Shown piece by piece: positions 57,900 through 64,000 of a stretch of DNA of 64,000 nt (the stretch's first letter is position 1; each line of letters begins with the position of its first letter). The position numbers and the translations under genes were made by a program. This DNA is from an uncultured Solirubrobacterales bacterium (lineage in GTDB: Bacteria > Actinomycetota > Thermoleophilia > Solirubrobacterales > Solirubrobacteraceae): contig OY969562.1 of NCBI GenBank assembly GCA_963701035.1, forward strand, positions 1,491,459-1,555,458, in the 5' to 3' direction. The notes under the pieces were generated by a model. The model saw nothing but the letters and a program-made list of their open reading frames with translations, was not told where the DNA came from and searched no databases.

Positions 57900-58949
57900 A
57901 TGCGCGCGCTGCAGGTCGCGCCCGGCGCGCGCCTGCGCTGGCACGACGTGCCGGCGCCCGCGCCGCCGGGGCCGGACGGGGCAGTCGTGCACCCGATCGC
58001 CTGCTCGACCTGCGACGTCGACTGCGGGATCGCGCTCGGGGCGGGCCCGTTCCCGTTGCCGCTGCACCTCGGACACGAATGCGTAGCCGAGGTGCTCGCG
58101 GTCGGCGAGCGCGTGCGCACCGTCAAGCCCGGCGACCGCGTGATCGTCCCGTTTCAGATCAACTGCGGCGCCTGTCCGGACTGCTGCGCCGGGCGCACCG
58201 GCAGCTGCACGAGCGTGCCCCCGGCCTCGATGTACGGCATGAGCCTGGTCGGCGGGCTGTGGGGAGGCGCATTCGCCGATGAGCTACCCGTGCCCTTCGC
58301 CGACGCGATGCTCGTCGCGCTGCCCGCGGGCATCGACCCGGTCGCCGCCGCGAGCGTCGCGGACAACGTCTGCGACGCCTACCGCCACATCGCGCCGCAC
58401 CTGCCCGCGCTGCTGCAGGAGGACCCCGACGCCGAGGTTCTGATCGTTGCCGCGCTCGACCGGCGCACCCCCTTCGGCTCCAGCACGCCGCTCTACACCG
58501 GGCTGGTCGCGCGGGCGTTCGGCGCGCGCAACATCTCGCTCGTCGACGCGCGGCCGGCCGTGCGCGCGCACGCCGAGCGCCTTGGCATGAACGCGCTGAC
58601 GCCGCGCGAGCTGCGCCGCCGCGCGCCGGCGCCGCTGGTCGTCGACGCGACCGTCGAAGACCTCGGCGTCTCGCTCGCGCACACCGCCGCCGACGGCATC
58701 TGCTCGAGCCTCGGCGGCTTCCACCGCAGCACCTCGGTCCCGCTCGTGCGGATGTACGTGCGCAACGCGACGCTCCACATCGGTCGCACCCACACCCGGC
58801 ACCTGATCCCCAAAGTGCTCGAGTTGATGCTCGACGATCGCCTGCACCCAGAGCGCGTGATCACCTCGGTCGGCGCGCTCGACGATGCGCCGCGGGTGCT
58901 GCGCGAGCAGTTCCTCGGCGGCGGGGTCAAGACGGTGCTTACGGCGTAG
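57900..58949 (+). CDS. Zinc-dependent alcohol dehydrogenase (MDR family)
   Basis: CSTC.VD, GHEC, C..C..C..G....C; start taken as MRALQV (ORF is open from 57717). Confidence 0.9.
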   Translation: MRALQVAPGARLRWHDVPAPAPPGPDGAVVHPIACSTCDVDCGIALGAGPFPLPLHLGHECVAEVLAVGERVRTVKPGDRVIVPFQINCGACPDCCAGRTGSCTSVPPASMYGMSLVGGLWGGAFADELPVPFADAMLVALPAGIDPVAAASVADNVCDAYRHIAPHLPALLQEDPDAEVLIVAALDRRTPFGSSTPLYTGLVARAFGARNISLVDARPAVRAHAERLGMNALTPRELRRRAPAPLVVDATVEDLGVSLAHTAADGICSSLGGFHRSTSVPLVRMYVRNATLHIGRTHTRHLIPKVLELMLDDRLHPERVITSVGALDDAPRVLREQFLGGGVKTVLTA

Positions 58950-59022
58950 TCGCCGACCGATGATCCGCGGGGGGCGGTCCTGACTGCCCCGTTCGCGATC
59001 CGCTGCTCGATAGGGTCGCCGG

Positions 59023-60435
59023 GTGAATACGCCTCTCGATCGTCTCGTGCTCGGCTGTGCGGCCGCGCTGCTGATGCTCTTTGCCGATGTCGCTTTCGCG
59101 GGCGCGCAGGGAACGCCGCCGAGCGGCGGCAAATGGAGCCCGTCGGCGATCCTCAGCGCCTGTCCGGGGACGGGCGCGCCGCATGTGGTGTTCCCGGAGG
59201 ACTCCCCCACCAACGGCACCGGCCCGGGCGCGATCGTGTGGAGCGTCACCGCACCCTGCCCCACCGGCGCCGGCGTGCTCCTCGCACCGATCTCCGCGGA
59301 GGACCTCCCCGGCCAGCCGGCCGCTCCCCGCACGGCGACGGGCGCGACGATCGCACTGCGTGGACCGGTCTCGGCGACCGGCGGCCCGTACGGGCGCGTC
59401 GTGATCGCAGGCGCCGCGGCCGGCGAGGGCGCCACGACGGCGGGAGAACTGCTGCTGACCGAGGGCGCCGCCGGGGGACCGTTCGCGGCGCCGCTCGCGC
59501 TCGGCGGTCCCGCGGGCACGTTCTCCTTCGCCACCGCCTACCTCGGCGACGCCGCGCTCGCCTCACTCGCGGACCCCCATGGCCGGATCAGCGTGCAGCT
59601 GCGCGTCCAGCGCCACCACGCCCAGCGCTTCGCCGCGCCGGCCGAGGTCACGGCGGCCGGCGCCGGCGCGGACCCGATCGAAGCGCTCACGGTCGCGCTC
59701 GACTTTCGCTCCGACAGGCTCGTCGTCTTCTCCCTTCGAGGCTCCCTGTACGCACGCGAGCTGCCCGGCAAAGGCGCGCCGCACGCGCTCCAGCGGCTCG
59801 GGCCGAGCCCTCCCGCGGGCGCGCGGATCGCGGGCGTACTCAGCGACGATGACCGTGCGATCATCGCCTGGACCGTTCGCCACGACGGGCAGACGAGCGT
59901 CTACGTCTCCCAATCCCAGCCCGGGGTTAGCTTCACCGAGCCGCAGTTGCTCGAAGAATTCCCCGACCCTCCCGGCCTACCCGGCTACGTCGACTCACCC
60001 CAGCTCGTGCGCCTCTCCTCCGAGAGCGTGATGCTCGCGTGGACGGGCGCCGTCGCCGGGCACTGGGCGATCCGCGCCGCGGCGATCGACCAGCGCGGCG
60101 TGCTCCCCCCGAGCACGATCTCGCCCGCGGGTCGCGACGCGCTGCTCGCCGGCCTCGCCGCCGGACCGAACGACGAGGCGCTCGCGCTGTGGAGCGAACC
60201 GCAGCCCTCGCCCGCGGGCTTGGACCTCGGCGCGCAGGCGATCTACGCCGCGCGCGGGTTCGACGGCTATCCCGAACAGGTCAAGTTCGCCGCCCCCGAA
60301 CTGCTCGCCCCGCCGGGGCCGAACAGCGACGCGACCGTCGCCTTCGATCCGGACAGCGACCGTGCGGTCGCGGCCTGGCGCACGGGTACTGGTGGTCAGC
60401 TCGCCTACGCGGTCCGCGCGCCCGGCGCGCCCTGA
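59023..60435 (+). CDS. Secreted hypothetical protein
   Basis: Signal peptide, beta-strand-rich repeats. Confidence 0.65.
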   Translation: MNTPLDRLVLGCAAALLMLFADVAFAGAQGTPPSGGKWSPSAILSACPGTGAPHVVFPEDSPTNGTGPGAIVWSVTAPCPTGAGVLLAPISAEDLPGQPAAPRTATGATIALRGPVSATGGPYGRVVIAGAAAGEGATTAGELLLTEGAAGGPFAAPLALGGPAGTFSFATAYLGDAALASLADPHGRISVQLRVQRHHAQRFAAPAEVTAAGAGADPIEALTVALDFRSDRLVVFSLRGSLYARELPGKGAPHALQRLGPSPPAGARIAGVLSDDDRAIIAWTVRHDGQTSVYVSQSQPGVSFTEPQLLEEFPDPPGLPGYVDSPQLVRLSSESVMLAWTGAVAGHWAIRAAAIDQRGVLPPSTISPAGRDALLAGLAAGPNDEALALWSEPQPSPAGLDLGAQAIYAARGFDGYPEQVKFAAPELLAPPGPNSDATVAFDPDSDRAVAAWRTGTGGQLAYAVRAPGAP

Positions 60436-60482
60436 GCGCGGAGAGGCAACCGCTGGCGCGAGGGAGAATGTGGCCGGGATCC

Positions 60483-61805
60483 CTAGAAGATCTGCTGGCC
60501 GATCAGGAACACGTTCAGCGCGGTGATCACGCTGATCAGGCCGAGCGCCGCGACGGTCGTCAGCCGGCGGTTGACGTGCTCGCCCATCACGTCCTTCCTG
60601 CGCGTCAACAGCACGAGCGGGATCAGCGCGAAGGGGATGCCAAACGACAGCACGACCTGGCTCAGGACGAGCACGTCGGTCGGGCCGATGCCGATCGCGA
60701 GCACGACGATCGCCGGGATCATCGTCACCAGCCTCCGCACGAAGATCGGGATCTTGAAACCGACGAAGCCCTGCATCACGACCTGGCCGGCGTAGGTGCC
60801 GACGCTCGACGAGGACGCGCCGGAGGCGAGCAGCGCGACCGAGAAGGCCAGCGCCGCGCCGCCGCCGACCATCGTCGCGAAGCCGCTGTGGGCCTGTTCG
60901 ATCGTGCTCACACCCGTGTCGCCGCCGAAGTGGAAGAGCTTCGCCGCGACCGCCAGCATCGCCATGTTCACGATCCCCGCGAGGCCGAGAGCGACGATCA
61001 CGTCGGTCCGCGCGAAGCGCAGCACGCGCGAGCGCTCGCGCTCGTTGCGCACCGGCACGCGCCCGTTCGTGAGCGCCGAGTGCAGGTAGATCACGTGCGG
61101 CATCACGGTCGCGCCGATGATCCCGACCGCCAGGTACAGGCTGTCCGAGCCCGCCAGGTGCGGCACGAGGCCGCCGAGCGACTCGCGCGCCGAGGGGCCG
61201 ATCCGCAGCGTCTCGTACAGGAAGCCGAGAAAGATGATCCCCAACAGCGCCGTGATCGCCAGCTCGAAGCGGCGGTACCCGCGCGACTGCAGGCCGAGGA
61301 TCGCGAACGCGATCACGCCCGTCATCAGCGCCGCCGGCAATAGCGGCACGCCGAACAGCAGGTTCAAGCCGAGCGCGGCGCCGACGAACTCGGCCACGTC
61401 GGTCGCCATCGCCATCACCTCCGCCTGCACCCACATCCCCCACGACAGCGAGCGCGGGTACTGCGCGCGGAACAGCGCGGGCAGGCTGTGCTCGGTCACG
61501 ATCCCGAGCTTCGCCGACAGGTACTGCACGAGCATCGCCATCAGGTTCGCGACCAGCACGACCCACAGCAGCAGATAGCCGAAGCGCGCGCCGCCCTGAA
61601 TGTTCGTGGCGAAATTCCCTGGGTCGACGTAGGCGATCGCCGCGACGAACGCCGGGCCCAGCATCGAGAGCGTCGCCCGCAGCCTCCCCTTCGCCAGCAC
61701 CAGGTCGAGCGGGCTGTGGCCGGCCGGGGTGGGGAACGCCTCGGGCAGCACCCCGGCGCCCTCGAGCACCGGTGTCTGCGTTGCGGGCGATGGCGGCGGT
61801 GTCAC
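60483..61805 (-). CDS. mntH: Nramp-family divalent metal (Mn2+) transporter
   Basis: AYVDPGN, GATVMPHVIYLHS, GTYAGQ.VMQG. Confidence 0.95.
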   Translation of the reverse strand: MTPPPSPATQTPVLEGAGVLPEAFPTPAGHSPLDLVLAKGRLRATLSMLGPAFVAAIAYVDPGNFATNIQGGARFGYLLLWVVLVANLMAMLVQYLSAKLGIVTEHSLPALFRAQYPRSLSWGMWVQAEVMAMATDVAEFVGAALGLNLLFGVPLLPAALMTGVIAFAILGLQSRGYRRFELAITALLGIIFLGFLYETLRIGPSARESLGGLVPHLAGSDSLYLAVGIIGATVMPHVIYLHSALTNGRVPVRNERERSRVLRFARTDVIVALGLAGIVNMAMLAVAAKLFHFGGDTGVSTIEQAHSGFATMVGGGAALAFSVALLASGASSSSVGTYAGQVVMQGFVGFKIPIFVRRLVTMIPAIVVLAIGIGPTDVLVLSQVVLSFGIPFALIPLVLLTRRKDVMGEHVNRRLTTVAALGLISVITALNVFLIGQQIF

Positions 61806-62500
61806 GCCGCGGCCCCCTCGTCGAGCTCGACCCGCATCGCCCTCGCCAGCGCGCCGCCGAGCGCGTGCTCGCGGGCCTCGCCGTCCTCGAAGCTCACCGT
61901 CAGCGGGCCGCCGAACGGCTGGCACTCGAGCACCTCCAAGCGTTCGCCCGGGGAGATGCCGCGCTCGGACAGGTACCGGAGCATCTCCGGGTCGGCGTCG
62001 GACACGCGCACGAACACCCCGCGCTCGCCCTCTCTCAGGGAGTCGAGCGGGACCGTCTCGCGCTCGCGCAGCTCCAGCCCGGCGCTCGGGATCGGGTCGC
62101 CGTGCGGATCGAAGCTCGGGTCGCCGAGCTTCGCGGCGATCAACTGCTCGAGCTCCTCTGAGATCACGTGCTCGAGTACCTCGGCCTCGGCGTGCACTCT
62201 GTCCCAGGGCATCTCGAGCGTCTCCGCCAGGAACAGCTCGAGCAGCCGGTGGTGGCGGATCACCTCGAGCGCGACCGCGCGGCCCTCGCCGGTCAGGCGC
62301 ACGCCGCGATACGGATGGTGCTCGATCAGGCCGAGCTCGCCGAGCTTCTTCAGCATCGCCGAGACCGACCCCGGCGTGATCTCCAGGCGCTCCGCGAGCG
62401 CGTTCGTCGAGACCGGTTCGTCCTCGCGCGATTCGAGCGTGTAGATCGCCTTGCAGTAGTCCTCGACCGCCTGCGTCCTTGCCTGCTCCACTGTCGACAT
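61802..62500 (-). CDS. mntR: DtxR/MntR metal-dependent regulator with FeoA-like domain
   Basis: VEDYCKAIY, HHRLLELFL, AEVLEH, DPHGDPIP. Confidence 0.9.
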   Translation of the reverse strand: MSTVEQARTQAVEDYCKAIYTLESREDEPVSTNALAERLEITPGSVSAMLKKLGELGLIEHHPYRGVRLTGEGRAVALEVIRHHRLLELFLAETLEMPWDRVHAEAEVLEHVISEELEQLIAAKLGDPSFDPHGDPIPSAGLELRERETVPLDSLREGERGVFVRVSDADPEMLRYLSERGISPGERLEVLECQPFGGPLTVSFEDGEAREHALGGALARAMRVELDEGAAA

Positions 62501-62587
62501 AAAACTTATCTTATGGCATACCAAATCTTTTTTCAAGGTGCCCCCGGAGACGCGTCTGGAGGCCCATTAGGAAAAGATGCGCGAGGG

Positions 62588-63316
62588 ATGGACAGGGACT
62601 ACGAGCTACAGACGCACCGCGCCGAGGATCGCCACTGGTGGTACCGGGGGCGTCGCACCGTGCTCGAGGGCGTGATCGCCCAGTTGCGCCTGCCGGCGCG
62701 CGCGCGGATCCTCGACGCCGGCTGCGGCTCGGGGCGCAACATGATCGACTTCGCCCGTCACGGCACGGTCACCGGGATCGAGCTCTCGCAGACCAGCGTG
62801 TCGCTCGCGCGCGAGCGCGGCGCGGGCGAGGTGATCGAAGGCTCGGTCCTGGAGATGCCGTTCGCCGCCGACTCCTTCGAGCTGGCCGCCTCGCTCGACG
62901 TGATCGAGCACCTGCAGGACGACCTCGCCGCGCTGCGCGAGCTGCGCCGCGTGGTCGCGCCCGGGGGGGCGCTGCTGATCACCGTCCCCGCCTACCAGTG
63001 GCTGTGGTCAGGCCACGACGAGATCAACCATCACCATCGCCGCTACACGCGCTCCTCGCTGCTGAAGGTCGCGCGCGAGGCCGGTTGGGAGCCGGTGCGC
63101 ACGACCTACTTCAACTCGCTGCTCCTGCCCGTCGCGATCGCGCTGCGCGTGCTCGACCGCTTCTCGCGCAAGACGACCGAGTCGAGCCTCGACCTGTGGG
63201 TACCGCCGCCGCTGCTCAACTGGCTGCTCGAACGGCCGCTCGCGCTCGAGGCGGCGCTGATCCGCCGCGGCGGGCGGATCCCCGCAGGGCTCTCGCTGCT
63301 CGTCGTCCTCCGCTAG
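62588..63316 (+). CDS. Class I SAM-dependent methyltransferase
   Basis: EDRHWWYRGRR, ILDAGCGSG, LDVIEH. Confidence 0.9.
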   Translation: MDRDYELQTHRAEDRHWWYRGRRTVLEGVIAQLRLPARARILDAGCGSGRNMIDFARHGTVTGIELSQTSVSLARERGAGEVIEGSVLEMPFAADSFELAASLDVIEHLQDDLAALRELRRVVAPGGALLITVPAYQWLWSGHDEINHHHRRYTRSSLLKVAREAGWEPVRTTYFNSLLLPVAIALRVLDRFSRKTTESSLDLWVPPPLLNWLLERPLALEAALIRRGGRIPAGLSLLVVLR

Positions 63317-63430
63317 CGGCGCGATAGCCGGCGCTGGCCGATCCCGGACGATCGGTCGGCGTCCTCGCTCGCTCGTGTGCGTTCGCACACGTCGCTCACT
63401 GCGTCCTTGACCTGCTTGGCTCTCGCGCCG

Positions 63431-63826
63431 CTAAACAGGGTCCGCCGCAGGCGGGTTGATCTTGAACGTCCAAGCGCGGTTGACAAAGAACGTCGTGACC
63501 GTCACAACAGCGGTGGCGCACACCTGCGCGAGCAGCTTGTCGAGATGGCCGTCGTGCACCAGCACGTACAGCAGCACCTCGTCTACGCCGAGACCGCAGG
63601 TCTGCACGACCCCCCACTTCACCGGCGTCGAGCGGTCGCCGACGTGCTCCTTGAACGTCCATTTGCGGTTCAGCAGGAAGCCGTTCGTCGCCCCCACGAT
63701 GAAGCCGATCGCCGAGGCCGCCAGGTACCAGACTCCGAACACCTTCAACAGCACCGTGTACACGACCAGCGTCAGCAGCGTGTTCGACACACCGACGATC
63801 CCGAACTTCACGAACTGAATCGCCAT
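63431..63826 (-). CDS. GtrA family membrane protein
   Basis: QFVKFGIVG..NT, NRKWTF, NRAWTF. Confidence 0.92.
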   Translation of the reverse strand: MAIQFVKFGIVGVSNTLLTLVVYTVLLKVFGVWYLAASAIGFIVGATNGFLLNRKWTFKEHVGDRSTPVKWGVVQTCGLGVDEVLLYVLVHDGHLDKLLAQVCATAVVTVTTFFVNRAWTFKINPPAADPV

Positions 63827-63907
63827 GGGTGCGTTTTTTAGTACAGGCAAAGGCCTGTCCCCTAGTCTTTGCATCGATCCCTACTTAATCAGCTTCGGAA
63901 GGCAGTC

Positions 63908-64000
63908 ATGTCGCAGGCAACATCCCGCACCTACTCGCTGCTCTCGATCGTCGCCCCCGTCTACGACGAGGAGCAGCTGATCGAGGAGTTCGTCGCGCGC
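63908..64000 (+). CDS. GT2 glycosyltransferase (5' end only)
   Basis: LLSIVAPVYDEEQLI. Confidence 0.7.
   Translation, partial: MSQATSRTYSLLSIVAPVYDEEQLIEEFVAR

Noticed and set aside
62501-62535. MntR/DtxR box upstream of mntR
   Set aside because: Only a 4-bp palindrome (TATG-G-CATA) is visible; too weak to call

Overview
High-GC actinobacterial DNA. Gene style, the large SRP RNA and the surface-protein families suggest Thermoleophilia/Solirubrobacterales (inference). The window has two parts. (1) ~2.8-21.1 kb is an accessory island built as a tandem array of about 7 modules, each of the form [~150-250 bp composite repeat A] - [cargo] - [29-bp hairpin repeat B] - [start-less 3' cassette of a Gly-rich 15-aa-repeat surface protein]. 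Cargo includes a HigBA-like TA pair (x2), a Fic protein, YhcG/DUF1016 (one full-length, two with the same nuclease-domain deletion), a P450/TetR pair and gene fragments. Two paralogous IS110 elements sit inside repeat A at CT cores. Their bridge-RNA left-target guides differ and each matches its own insertion site. (2) ~21-64 kb is mostly ordinary chromosome: lysyl-oxidase-like protein, O-antigen ligase/EPS genes, ECF sigma factor, HD-GYP, ask, recR-ybaB-dnaX, galT/galK with a sugar ABC transporter, large SRP RNA, tRNA-Val(CAC), mntR-mntH and others. Oddities in this part include a degenerate tRNA-Val copy translated in frame inside a membrane-protein gene, a foreign TA-like pair between ask and recR, and a 28-bp 11-6-11 site beside ffs. 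All family calls are by motif recognition; no database search was run.
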